A DNA stretch of 61,558 nt, filler included, from Hausera hauseri (GCA_046269625.1; 9 parts of 9 records of this genome joined end to end with filler, not necessarily neighbours in it), one strand, 5' to 3'. Positions 48,594 through 61,558 are shown, numbered from the whole stretch's first letter. Program-made: numbers and translations. Notes: generated by a model from the letters alone, not told the origin.

Positions 48594-50265
48594 TATTCAT
48601 CCTTTCATATGGAACTTTCAGTGGACAATGAGTGACAAAGGGCCAATGCCAGAATTCGGCACGGTAGCGAAAATCATCGATCTTATGCAACATTTCTTTA
48701 TGGCGATGAAGAAAAACCAAAAGCACGTCATTTATTATCGAATATAATAAATCTGTCAATTCCCTGTTTGGTGTTTTGTAATTGCTGTAGTCCTTTTCCA
48801 AATCTTTCTGAACCAAAAACGCATCGATGTCGGTAATATAAACCATGATATCTTCAAGAATAATATCCTGAAATCAACCATAAATTTCTTATTCATAATT
48901 TTCACCGCCTCAACGAATACTCCAATAATGGAAAATATTTTACTCTGATTATTATTGACGATTAAAGAATTTCGATATGCTTCAAACGAGGGATTTCCGA
49001 ATAAAATCTAAGAATTTGTGCTGATCGCCTTTTAATAAGTTGTGCTCGCCTCTGATCATCTTTTAGTCGAGGCAAATTGCGGCAATTACGTTGATATTCT
49101 TCACCGAGTGGTCGTTGGTTCTGAACAAGATCATAATAATGTGTGTTGCTTGTCAGTACACTATCCGACGAATAATAATTTAATAATCTATAGTTATCAG
49201 TTTCAATTTTCGTCGCGCGTTCTCTAAAAAAATTCATTACCAATTCTTCAACTTCTCCAACGGAAGGGATAGTCACAGATAGCTAACTTGATCTACCGAA
49301 TCCGTCAACTACGACTGACTGTTCATTAACCGACTGTAACGAAGGACAGACTTCTCGTAGATCGTTGACGAACGGTTTGAAATATTTAAGTTTCTGACCA
49401 GTGAGTCCACTGTCTGTACGAACAGTCAAATTAACGAGAAACGATGCCGATTGGAGCACCCGTAAAAGTGACTTGTAGATCAGACTGTTGCCAGAAATAA
49501 TCAATGATCGAATAGGAATAGAATGGAACAAGACTCCAAGATGGAAAACATACGACAGTCCGTTAATGCTGAGATCCAGTTCATTTAACGATAATCTGCG
49601 GATCGTCTGCAGCAAATTGGTATCGGCCTTCACGACAACGTCACAATGCTGGACGCTGAATGGATCAGGAATTTTCCGACAACTCGTTTTAAACATATCC
49701 AAACTTATATCCATCAATTTGACAAATACAATTGCATATTCCGATGTTGATCAGTAATTGTACGTTTGTAACAATCGTTCCATATGATTATTGTGTACCG
49801 TTGCTACATTTGCAATTCCTGTCTAATCCACTCGGAATCGAACTGAATATCATGTGTAAAAGTAACCTTGGCCTATAAATTTGAACCGAACTCTTGAATA
49901 AAATTTTTTGAATTTCGAAATTTAACACTTCGACTGGAATCCTGATTTGCGTCCACATTTGTTTTTTTAGTGGATATTTCAATGCGCTCATAATTATCAT
50001 TTCTGATAAATTTCGCTACATATAAAAATCTCTGTCAAATTGTTATTTCTGCCGTTATGTATTCATTTAAACTATTTTTTGTCCAAACATAAAAAAACGC
50101 CACAACAAACGGCACACATAAGGGTCAACAAATCCGGCATTTTCAGTTACGTACGACACAAAAGTTGGAAGATCAGACCCAACTATGGATCCGACGCGGC
50201 GGCAACGGACGCCCGGCCGTGCCTGAACAAATGGGCCAAAGGCACCGTCCGCTGTGGGCACCACA
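48594..50265. mobile_element. 1672-bp TAT...ACA cassette with 5-bp TSD CCAGC carrying an NXF1-like gene
   Basis: CCAGC(48589-93)|TATTCATCC ... GGGCACCACA|CCAGC(50266-70). Excision restores minus-strand AAAATGCTGGATAAAACAAAG = KMLDKTK, homologous to KMLNKAI in ORF 28799..29296. Confidence 0.88.
48650..50000 (-). pseudogene. NXF1: Nuclear RNA export factor NXF1/TAP/Mex67-like (RBD-LRR-NTF2L), disrupted, no UBA domain seen
   Basis: WTQIRIP (cf. WFKITIP, RBD); LNELDLSINGL..IRSLIISGNSL (LRR); LVMNFF..RLLNYYSSDS and YQRNCRNLPRLKDDQRRAQLIK..EIPRLKH (cf. [29 protein letters not shown]); FSIIGVFVE; SIINDVL (cf. CIVNDEL). Confidence 0.75.
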
Positions 50266-52089
50266 CCAGCATTTTGTGGTAATCTTTTAGTCTGTCGTCT
50301 GGTCCTTTATAAATCCCATAATTTGTTTGATATAGTTAAACTAATTTTTATATTCGTCGAACTCCAAGATACACGCTTCAATTAGAGCTTTTGTTTCTTC
50401 ATTATTTAAATTCATTATTCGGTTTCTTATGTTATAAATTTTTAATAGCTTGTCGTTTTCTTTCTTGATACGAACTTCGATATTTTCATACTGTTTAGGC
50501 TCAGTAAACGCAATTTCCATCATCTCCATCAGGGTTGAGATATCTACTGCGTCGACACACAATATTTTTAAATCATTCTCGTTTCGTAAATTCCATGGTT
50601 TTTCTTTCAATCTGTTCATATTACGGTTTACTCGTTTTGATTTCGAATTATTTTCTAACGTTGCTATTAATTCTTGAGCTTTAATTATTTTCTCGTTGGT
50701 TATGATCCCAGTTTTGGTCATAATTCTGGAATATGAATTCCACTTTTATCCACAGATTTAATTCATTTTTCCACTTGTCTATCAAGTCCTGAGTTACCTC
50801 AATGCTGTTCCTAGCCAGAAATATCCACTTGTTCAGTTATCATTTTAAGTTTTTTTATGTTTTGCCGTACTATTTCTGGATTCATCGGTGCGTCTCCGAT
50901 CTGTCTTAGCTCATTGGCATTTTACTTGGCTTCCTGATTTACCACATATTTTTATTGAATTTTTCAGATTGTTCTGTCATCCTCGCTAAGAAGTAAATGG
51001 CATATTTCGTTTATTTCATTTGCTGATTCAGTTGGTTCCTCAACAGTAATTGCCGTATTAAAACTAAGTTTCACGTCGCATTCTTCAAAGATTTCAGTCT
51101 CTTTTGCTTTCTTTAATTTTCTTTAGTCATTAAGGATCGTGAACGGCCTTTGCGTTTCCGTTTTATAGATGGGCTTCGACCTCTATTTTTCGTTATTTTA
51201 AGTCCTGGTGGTTCCATAAACTCCCTTTCGGCTTTGTCGTCTTCATTTCCTTTCTCCACGTTTTTAGTTGTATACTCAAGTTCCGCGAATAAATTTACGC
51301 CTATAGATGTTTCTTGTTTATCTGTTTTATTAAGTGTTTTATTTACTATGGGGATATTCTTTTTTCTTGTCACATCGGTTCGCTTCGGCGCTATGGAGTA
51401 CTCATATTCGGTTTGTGGCTCTACAGACTGTTGTACACTTCCATTAAGGACAACTGATTCTTATATTCTTTTCTAGCTTTTAGAACTCGCAGATTATTAG
51501 TTTCTCCTCGTTTTCTCGGTATATCTTCCTAAGTCTTTCATTTCAGTAACCATATTTATGTCCCCTCGGACACCATATATTGCCACGAAGTTTTCGCTAG
51601 TCTTAATCGCACAAGTTTTATTAAGCTCAATGAAGGATACTCTTCATGGATTCGGGAATGACCTTGCTATATATCCTTCCTGACCACACGTATACCATAT
51701 TAGATTGTAATTTCTTCCGAGTCTTTGTCGACCATCTTCATTTATATGTGATTTCGATATACTCATATTTCTATTATTGTTCTGGCCCCACAGACCTTGT
51801 CCATTATTCTCATTCTGTCGACTATCATTATTTAGATTATTATTATTTCGATTTCCATCATCAGAGTTTCTACAACTATTTTGCTTTGTATCTGCATTAT
51901 AGTTTGACTTTCCAGTGGAATTATTCATATTCCGGTTACTACCGTAATTTCTACTATGCTATCGGCTATTTCTATTATCACTATTACTGTTTTGGTTTCT
52001 ACGTATTATAATAACTTCTATTACTGTTATTAAAACGTCTATTATCTCGGTCTCCATTATCGCTTCGGTTTTTATCGTTGTGATCATTT

Positions 52090-52189
52090 NNNNNNNNNNN
52101 NNNNNNNNNNNNNNNNNNNNNNNNNNNNNNNNNTTAATTAATTAANNNNNNNNNNNNNNNNNNNNNNNNNNNNNNNNNNNNNNNNNNNN
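52090..52189. other. Artificial contig linker
   Basis: N44-TTAATTAATTAA-N44. Confidence 0.98.
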
Positions 52190-52813
52190 AATAAATATAC
52201 AGTAAATTATACAGTTTATAGAGTATAATAATACATGTAGTTATACACATAACTTAAAACTTGATGTTGTAAAACGCCGAAAGGTATGAAGTGGTATAAA
52301 TTGTATATAGAAACGAAACTGAAACCAGTCGTTATATTAGAAATTGAAAACAGAAATTAATATTGCTTAGACGAATGTAATATGATTATTCCTATACCTA
52401 CAATAATTCATGATGACTGTAAATACAATATGGAATGGGAAAGTCTAAAAGAAAATGGTTTATTTACACCCACAATGTCGAAATATGAGAAATAATTGGG
52501 CAGAAACAGAAAAAAATCGTTGGGAAAACCATTTAGAAATATTTTACCTACAAATCCGCCCACGATCAGCCAGCCATATAAACTGGCTCAGAAAGCAATA
52601 AAATGAACACTGTTGGTTAGCTATTGAAGACGTTTGGATCGAGCAAAACTTGTGAGTACATTTATTGAATCACTATTGTGAAGAAGTTTTATTCGAATTT
52701 TCGAGAATCACTTCGACAGTACGCAATTGATTACTTGAACAGATTCATTCCACAAGAAGATATTTGGATCCGAATTCGACGATTGTACTTCGTGGCACTT
52801 GTTTGTTTATTAT

Positions 52814-55507
52814 TGTGAAATATATTCTTGTATTCTAAAGTTACTTTTTAGTTTTCCAGTCGCTCCTTAAGAGGGACTTGACTACAGTAAGGATTAAATT
52901 CAAGAGTAAAATTCATGGCTAAGTCGAGACGTTTTAAAATTCTGTACAGGATATTGTATACAGTACACACATATTAAACTTGGTACAACATTTTAACGAG
53001 AACGTTAAAACTTACCTGTATATTTAATTTCTTAGATTTCAGTGCAACTTATTGTTATAGTTGGGCGTTGCATATGGCACCTTCAACTATAACAATTGGC
53101 GACCCTAGCAAGACAGTTTTCACCTTCATAGATTTTGACTTTCACAGAAAATTAACGGAATATTAACGATCAGCGCTACCGCATTAAGTAATTGATTATA
53201 GAATTGTTAAGAAATCAAATTTGGGATATAAAATGAAACCCTTAGTATTTTAACGGCATAATATTGACTTGAGAACAAATATTGATAGACACAAATTATA
53301 TGATAGTTTAAATTGAGTTACTAATGATAAAAAAATATTGATTTACGCGAAACACGCAATAAGGTTTATAGACAGTATAAAACATTGAATAGACGTGTGT
53401 TATCTGAGACAAACTTAACTGATATTGAACCGATTGACTTGAACGTTGCTGAGCAATCCATAGAATTTAAAATTCCTGATAAGAGAATTAGAACTCGTAA
53501 GTTAAATAAGCAAAATTTAAATAATGCAGAAAATATGGCTGAAAATGAAGCAATAGCGCAGAAACTGGACATTTTCACATTTGACTCTCTGAATCTACCG
53601 GCGAACGACGGAGACCCAGACGGATTGAATTAATTCTTAAGAACTTATAAATTGCATGCAGAAGGTGCCGGACTTGCATTTAACGTAATGATTAAGCTTT
53701 TGTCATTATATTTAAAAATTTGGCCGCTGATGCCTATAGTGAACTCATTGACGACGAAAAGAAATTTTGGTTCTCCCTAGTAGAAGCCATAAATCGAAAA
53801 TTATTACCGACGGTAACTCCGCAACAAAAACTTATTGCTTTCCAGAATAAGATGCAATAGAAGGGTGAATTGGTTATCCAGTTTGCATTTGCATTAAAGG
53901 AACTTGTGAATAGTTACGTGAATACATGAAGGATAGCTAATGTAGCTAAGGCTAAAGACGATGCAGAGTGCTATGCCATAGAGAAGGCAAGTCCTTCAGA
54001 TTTAGACGTCGTGACGACGACGCAATTAATAAATGGTAGCCGCTCTAGAGACATAGTGAAATAGTTGATTTTAGCTCGACCAGAAAACTTTGACAAAACC
54101 TTGCAGCTAGCCCAAAACTTAGAAATGGCACTGGGTAGATACGCCAGCCAAAGCGATAGAAATAATCGTTATGATAGAAACCGGAATGATAATCGCGGTA
54201 GAGATAATAGACGATTTAATAATAATAGAAATTATGAAAATAGAAATCAGAATAGTAATAATGACTACAGAAATAACCGACATGGCAGCAGAAATTACAG
54301 CAATGATCAAAATAATTCATCTAGCAAACCAAACTATGGTACAGATAGACATCCAGGCAGTCATAGAAATATTAATAATGGAAACCGATATAATGATAAC
54401 TTGTTCAAACTCACGACATGTTTCGTTCGTTGAACCTAGCAAAACTAGCGTAATAAATAACTAGAATTTAGACGCAATTAACGGTATCCATAGAGATGCA
54501 AGTATGGTTACTGAAATGCAGGACTTACGACGGTTTTTAAATGTCAAGTTGATACTAACGAACCCAAATTTTTAATGGCTAGAAATGAATATGAGCATAA
54601 GTTACGACTGCTAGAAGTTTATCATGGTCTTCCTGAGCCAGAAACTAAGTATGAGCGCTCGATAGCCCCACGAAAATAGACCGACATGGCACGGATAAAG
54701 AATGTTCCCGTAATTAATAAAGTGACAGATAAACCGGATAAACCGAAAACATCAAACGAAGTAGATTTAGACGCTGAGCCTGAATATACGGTCGAAAAAG
54801 TGAACAAGATTACAGAAGTTGGTGAAGAAAAGGAATTTATGGAGGTCGCGATCCCCAGTGACTAAGGAAAAATTAGAGGAAGCAAAAGAGACTGAAATCG
54901 ATTCAGAAAGCGACGTAGAATTCTCTATAAACACACTAGAACTCGGTTCAATTACACCCATTTGAGTAGAAGAGTTAACAGAATCGATTATTAAAGTAAA
55001 CGAAATATGTCCACTTCCTTTAAGCGAAGATGAAAATGATAAAATGAAAAGTTTGATAAAAAGATATGGAAAATCCTGGAGTCATGAAAAAATGCTGACG
55101 CATTAAGAAAAATCAGAGACGCTCCTATAAATCCAGAAACAATACGACAAAACTCAGATGAACTCCTCTGCATAGCCCAGCAAATAGATATTACTGGCAA
55201 AGAGAAACAGTTCGTCCAACAAATTCATAGAAAGCTAATGTCATACGATGAAAGAAAATTGGATGGTATAATCGACTCAAATGAATCGGCAGAATTGCCC
55301 CGAAAATTGATAGAAAATGGAAACATCAATTAAGCCTGTGGATAAAGAGTGGAATTAGAGCTCAAGAATACTGGGCTAAAACAGAAACCACAACTAAAGA
55401 GAAAATAATTAAAGCTCAGGAATTACTAACGGCACTTGAAGCCAACGCAAAGTTAAAACGAGTGAGTCGCAAGGTGCAAGGATTGATGAGCAGAATCAGA
55501 TATAATA
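52814..55507 (+). mobile_element. Family A copy 4: 5' LTR (~52814-53094), PBS (53097), gag and start of accessory region, cut by another Gypsy
   Basis: ...CTATAACA-AT-TGGCGACCCTAGCAAGACAG; NRRVLSETNLTDI, ILARPENFDKTLQLAQNLEMAL, EVDLDAEPEYTVEKV, IIKAQELL..LEAN.KLKRV shared with the other copies. Confidence 0.85.
53097..53105 (+). promoter_or_regulatory. Primer binding site TGGCGACCC (tRNA-Arg type)
   Basis: 2 nt after the ACA LTR end; same as 38768-38779. Confidence 0.8.
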
Positions 55508-55509
55508 TG

Positions 55510-57446
55510 TGTGAGGATATAATCGAGCAATGAGTATTTACGAACGATCAAATTTCGCTTCAGCGAACATACCAGGCGGTGGGAAGTTTCCAATCCTCCC
55601 TAAGCGGGGCGACGGTGTGGATGGCGTGGATGCACGCAGCTATCATGACGACTTACGCCACAACGGACATCTTCAAAAACCAATTGTTGCCAAACAAATT
55701 CAGGAAAGGTGACGACGTGGAGAAGTTCATTAAAGGATGTGAAAAATTCTTTAAATACATTAACACCCCAGCGGCGAAACGGTAAATCATGGTTGAATGC
55801 CTCTTGGATGAAGAAGCACAAGAAAGATACAATGCAATAGACGCAAATATAACTGGATACCAGTACCGACTACGGAAGGCTTTCGCCTAACACTCAACGC
55901 TGTGTGAAAATCTGAAAGAAGCGCTTGAGTACAGAATAAATGGAGCAGAACGGGAGGCTTACTTCAAGGCAATCGAGAAACTGCTGGATAAAGTCATGAA
56001 ACACGATCTTTCTCGCGAGGCTCTAAAAGAGGAACTATTGTTCCAATGTTGTAACAATAGAGAGATGAGAAGAGAAAAATGCGTCAGTAACAAACGAGAC
56101 GCGGAAACTATAAAGGAAAAAATACGGAAGATGCACGAAGTAAAGATTAAGACCGACGATGTAAACATGGTCAAGAATTATCCGGGGATCGGTAGAAGAA
56201 GCTACCAGGAAGTGGCAGCACAAAATATTAGGAAACCAGTTCCTAGAATCAACACGACGCCACTTAGATCGCCAAATAGTAAATTTAAGTGTTGGACATG
56301 CCAGAAAGAAGGATATGAGAGCAAAAGGTGCACCACATTGAGACCAATTACATGTTTTGGATGCGGAAAAGAAAGACAAATAAGCAGGCAGTGTCCCGAA
56401 AGAAATCCACTAAGATGCTACTCATGTGATTACAATAGGGGACATACCGAAAAGGAGTGCTACACCAGGCTGGAGGGGAAAAGAGAACCAGGATGGAATA
56501 CATACAAAGAGAAAAGAAGGTTCGGGGATAATCTGTACAGAAGACGGGGCCGAGTCGCAAACGTAGAGCAGGAAGAAACAAAATCCGATCAGGAGTCACT
56601 TGCCCCAAAAGGCCGAGCCTCTATAGAAGTGGAGCAAATCGGGGCACTACAATAGATTCCGTTTCCCAAAATATCGTTATGTATAATAGTAGTATTATAT
56701 CAAACACTATAGACGGATCAAGAAGAAATGGATACGGAGATATATTGATGGATATTTATGGATATTTAGTATGGAAATTTATGAAAACGGAAAATTTCCA
56801 GAAAGTATCCTACAACGGAATGGAGGAAAGTGGGAACGATACTCAGATCTTCACGCTAGAAGAATTGTATGTCGAACAGACATCATACAGGAAGTTTAAT
56901 GGACGACCAGGAATCAAATTAAAGATACAAGACAGATGGGAAGATTGCTTATAGGACACAAGGGTCAGGGTAATCGTCATAAGCAAAAAGATCGTGGATC
57001 AACTTGCAAATACACACATAGAGAAATCAGATACCACACTACGATGCGCAAACAACAACCCCTTATATTGCCTGGAAACACTTACAACAGACGTAGAAAT
57101 CAAGAGTCTAAGGAGACGTGTGACATTTCTGATAGTGTCGGAATTACGCCCAGAAATAATAGGTGATGTGGACCTGCAAAAGGCATTCGGAATAGAACTG
57201 GGGTGGAAACACACTGAAACGGAAATATTACAACAAGATATATGCAACATGGAGGCCAAGTTCGGCCGTAAGGTGAGTAACCAAGAACGAGTCAATAGAG
57301 CGAAGGAAGCTCTTCAGGTGAGTGACAACAAAGAGCTACTCAACATTATACAGAAATACCCAGAGGTACTCATGGCCGACAAGTGGGACATAGGGTGCAC
57401 ATCTCTCATCAAACACCGAATAGACACGACAGGAGCGCCGATTAAT
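55510..57446 (+). mobile_element. Second Ty3/Gypsy family: short putative LTR (55510-55662), gag with three CCHC-like knuckles, protease, pre-RT region
   Basis: LLPNKFRKGDDVEKFIKGCEKFF gag N-terminus; CWTCQKEGY..C, CFGCGKE..SRQC, CYSC..GH..KEC; DCL*DTRV protease remnant, IIGDVDL, DIGCTSLIKHRIDT. Confidence 0.8.
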
Positions 57447-57546
57447 NNNNNNNNNNNNNNNNNNNNNNNNNNNNNNNNNNNNNNNNNNNNTTAATTAATT
57501 AANNNNNNNNNNNNNNNNNNNNNNNNNNNNNNNNNNNNNNNNNNNN
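57447..57546. other. Artificial contig linker
   Basis: N44-TTAATTAATTAA-N44. Confidence 0.98.
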
Positions 57547-60500
57547 GGAGTCGAATTTCGCAGCAAATAATTTTCATGAGTTGATAGAATATACCCGACA
57601 AATGGCAACTCGAATAGATAAAACACGTGCCTGAACTAATTAAGCACAAATCTCAGCAGTAGCTACGACTCCATTATTAGTAACACCAGATGTAGTCAAT
57701 CGTAGTAATTCACCGTGGAGAGATCCTTCGGGAAAGAAGAAATTATAACCAATCACTCAGAGACCATAATAATAATGAAACAGATACCACATATCAAAGA
57801 AACAGAGGATACTATGAAGATCGACAGCGGAATTATGCAAGATATGATAGACCACAAGATTACTCAAGAGAGATAAACGATAACAGAAGTCAATTACCTA
57901 GTAGAGAAAGGTACAGTAATGATCGAAATCCCAATAATTATGATAATAGAAAAATCAAATGAATTCGTATTATAGAGGAGATGAGAGCCGAACACGATAT
58001 CCAACTAATCGGCCGGAAGGATCAAAACCTAACTATTCCAACGATAGACCAAGCGAAAGCCGTGAAAAATTTAGAAGATACGATAGTCGAGGACGATATG
58101 GTAACTTCAACAGGAATGATAGCAGAAACAGAAATAACCGACGGAATGATAGCAGAGACCGATTTAATCCTGGAAACGATAACAAAAACAGGTATAGTGA
58201 TTCGAGATCCGGAAACTATGACGAAAGATGTGACTATACCCCACCTCGACGAGAATCAGATAGATACAATAGGAACCCTAGTTTATATCCTCATGGAGAC
58301 CGAAATTGAACCCCTTCTTCTAGGCCAAGAAATAATAATGAGACATATACTAGATAAACAGATTATAATTCCAGACAAAATAAGACACCAACAAATAGAA
58401 ACACTTCCCCATCCAGATGCGATAGAAATACGACACCGGAAAATCATAAGTACTGAAATGAAAGAGAATTGGACCCAAAAATATCATCGTATAATAGCTC
58501 CATAACGGAAAAAGGAAACTCTTCAGACAATAGGAAAAGTAATAGCGACGAAAGGAGCGTTTCACCCCGCCGCTTAGTAACTTTTAATGAACAAACTGAA
58601 TCAGCCTTTACGGGTCTATTATTGAAAAAACCAATAATAGAACACCATCAAATTGTATCCAACCCATCATCCAACATTTGTATTTTAGAAAAGCCACCAA
58701 AACTATCATAAGAAAAAATTACTTGGATCAATTGGAATGAAAAGTACCAGATATCCAAAATAATACACTTCCGTATATGCTATGGCCAGAAACAAAGGAG
58801 ATCACAAACTTACTATTGATATTTATAGAGTAGAAAAAACTATCGAAGACGAACAGGAACCAGAAGTCAATCAAATAAGAATGAAGAATATCGAAGGTGA
58901 TTTGATAGTCTAGTTAGAAAAGGTAAACCGACAAAAGTAAAAATACGCTGAAAGTCTCAGACAATTACTCTATGGGAAACTCATTGTTGGAATCGAATTA
59001 CCATGGTTATTTAGGTAAATACAATTAAAGGAAACAGATATCTTTGGTACGTTTAGTGTAGATGAGTATTTCAACCTACCAAATGATCAATGGAAAAGAG
59101 AAGGTACATTACCCCAACGATTAATCAATCTACGGCAAGAATACAAAATTAAACTTAACAGTCAGGGATCTCCCTATTACATCTTTCCGAACAGAACCTT
59201 GTATAAAGATGACACGCATTCTTAACGAGAGATAACATGTAACATCACACTAATTCTAGAAGTAAAATTACAGTGTCTAGACATAGATACCGTTCAAAAC
59301 TGGGATAAAATATTCACTAACAGGAGGTCCAACAGAATAGAGTTCAAAGATATTGCTAAACAATGATTGATTTGTATGGAAGGTATTGATAAAGCCTACT
59401 TAAAGAATATCGATATCCAGATTAAAAAAACGATCTGCCATGTGCTATAATTACCAATCAAGGAGAAGCCAGACTACAAGTCAGTAGAAAACACTAATCA
59501 TTTCCAAGGAAACTATGATACTTCCTAATTATCGCTACGAGGGAGAGTGTCAAATTCAACCACTAGATAACAGTCCGTTATATTTAATACTATTATTAAG
59601 GAAATGCCCATATTACCTGTGGACGAATCTATAACACAGGATAGAGAAATAATACTTACAGGTCGATGCATAACCAAAGAAGATCAAAAGGACTTACTCA
59701 AGTCACCGCCAAAAGTTATAATGGAAAACAATTCTCAATATTCACGTGTATCCGACCATACCAGACACCACAAAATATACCGAATACAGTAGACGGTCCA
59801 ACCTCCTACGACAAGAATCGTTAAGTGAATTCATGAATAAATATTTACCAGGAAAAGTAATTATCGGACGCCAATTGCCCGAACTACTCATTATATTGAA
59901 AATAAACCCAATAAATCTAACCGCCATCTACGATATGGAACAAACCAACAAAACTTACAAATGTTTGTACCTATATCATGATCATAACTTAGAAATTATG
60001 GCACAAAGATATCTGTATGAATACTTGAAAACTGCAAGAGTGGAATAATATACCATAGATAATAGAAAGTCAAAAGACACTACAAATTGCCTTTCTGGCA
60101 ATACGGAAACTTGAAAAAACTACCGAAGCAAGAGCTATCTTAGTAATCGAACCAATTGTACAAAGATGGATTCTGACGAATACCCGCACAAGCTCTTCAG
60201 AAGAAAACCAACTGGAGAGTGGATAGAACCTTACAACAACGGATTAATCACACCAATATCACAGCCCAAGGTTCCACCACAACAACCAACATCACAAATT
60301 CATTATCCTAATTAATTCTTACCGACAAACCACGAAAATTCGATATTATAGCCATTCATTCTGCCAGTGGCAAACTAACTGTCAATATCAACTATAATGA
60401 TCCTATATTCGATATTAATCACGAACCACTCGATAACTCTAGTGTAATTATTACTATTCCTCCTGTGGAATTATTGCCTTTTACAATCGCCTCTTCAACC

Positions 60501-61400
60501 AACTGTATATATGCTGTGGAAATAATCCAACCAAAACTTATATACACCCACAATAAGGACTATGACCAACCAATGCGTATACCCAAACCATTCTCACCGT
60601 AAATGAATACATTTCAGCAACAGAAGGATTATCCCTATAAGATTTAGAACCCATATTGATTTTATTTTCTATAATTACGTCACCACTCAACCGAATCCGA
60701 CAACTATCGACCAGACCATCGTTTATATTGCTATGTTAGGTTATAGATGTGAAATTTTATTACAACAACAAAAGTACCCCAGACATAAAGTCGTTGACTG
60801 GAGAACACTTTTTACAGGTATATTCCATGATCTCATCCTAAATAAAATCGATAACGAAAACTTCTTACCTCTCATACAAGATATGCTGAAGCATAAATTC
60901 ATTATAACAACACAACTAGACTTATTCCTATGCTCATTGCAACTACTCATCACCCATACCAATGGCTTCTTCGATTTTAGCCATCACCCTATCGCTGCAA
61001 ATTTTTCAAAGGATTATGTACTCATAATACGGCTAAGCGAACAATTGTTTACATCACCACTATCCCTATATATACATCACCATTGGTACAGGTCCAGCTA
61101 CTTAGATATTTGTATAGCTACCTGTCAACACTGATAACTGTATAGATCTTAATACCATTGAATTAAATCGCAATTAATTCTACTTATTTTCAGATCTTCC
61201 GAAATGTATGGCATGCCGAATAATCCTCGATGTAGTGTACAGACTTACATCATGTCTACACATGCTATGTCTTTACTGAACAAATCAAGCCCGATCCCAA
61301 GCAAATCCAATACCATATTGCCCAATCTGTAAATAAGAGATTAAATATGCATTCAATATAATGCTTATCCATCTGATGCTGACCCATCTCTACTTGACGC
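57547..61400 (+). mobile_element. Degenerate retroelement-like polyprotein: Arg/Asp/Asn-rich gag-like tail followed by ~2.7 kb of decayed unknown coding sequence
   Basis: RD/RN-rich ORF 57959..58309 and RSVSPRRLVTF resemble Gypsy gag tails; A-rich strand bias and many short co-oriented ORFs; no RT/IN motifs seen. Confidence 0.35.
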
Positions 61401-61558
61401 TAAGATACTCAAAATCCTCGAACCTACTGATCATACCACTATTATTTCGTCCAGTTCCACATAAGTTTGATGTGGGTAGGATTTTTTTATCGATTTTAAA
61501 ATCGGTCATTTGAAGAATGTAAACCTGTAGATCATTGTCATCTTGTGCTTTACAACTT

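Larger units (their letters stand above)
44380..52089 (-). mobile_element. Family A copy 3: gag C-terminus - accessory region - start of chuvirus-like env, interrupted by two nested cassettes
   Basis: WYTCGQEGYIARSFPNP, AEREFMEPP.LKITKNRGRS, LIEACILEFD, then GAVTVYDCDKFKLGQKYSLRDLQMCKDARPHKLETKEK (44696..44878) in the same order as copy 1. Confidence 0.88.

Noticed and set aside
4444-57546. Eight identical TTAATTAATTAA motifs in N runs resembling a regular repeat array
   Set aside because: Artificial six-frame-stop linkers; ORFs crossing them and gene order across them are not evidence

Overview
AT-rich eukaryotic (metazoan-like) repeat-dense DNA made of nine contigs joined by eight artificial 100-bp linkers (N44-TTAATTAATTAA-N44), so adjacency across linkers cannot be trusted. 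Nearly all of it is decayed mobile DNA: several Ty3/Gypsy LTR retrotransposons, one BEL/Pao element, three Polinton/adintovirus-type protein-primed PolB remnants, a Tc1 left end and a short 28S rRNA fragment. Two systems stand out. (1) A family of TG..CA-type cassettes shares a GC-rich ~110-bp terminus (TGTGGTG...), with four copies. The two complete copies (46615-48388 and 48594-50265) are flanked by perfect 5-bp target-site duplications, encode no recognisable transposition protein and carry different host genes (EEF1AKMT1-like; NXF1/TAP-like mRNA export factor). A third copy abuts an N-truncated, uninterrupted aminopeptidase N ORF. (2) A multi-copy Ty3/Gypsy family (tRNA-Arg-type PBS, ~280-bp LTR) carries ~3 kb of unknown ORFs and a chuvirus-like fusion glycoprotein BETWEEN gag and protease, plus an FN3-motif ORF after integrase. 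All protein calls come from motif recognition by eye; no database search was run.
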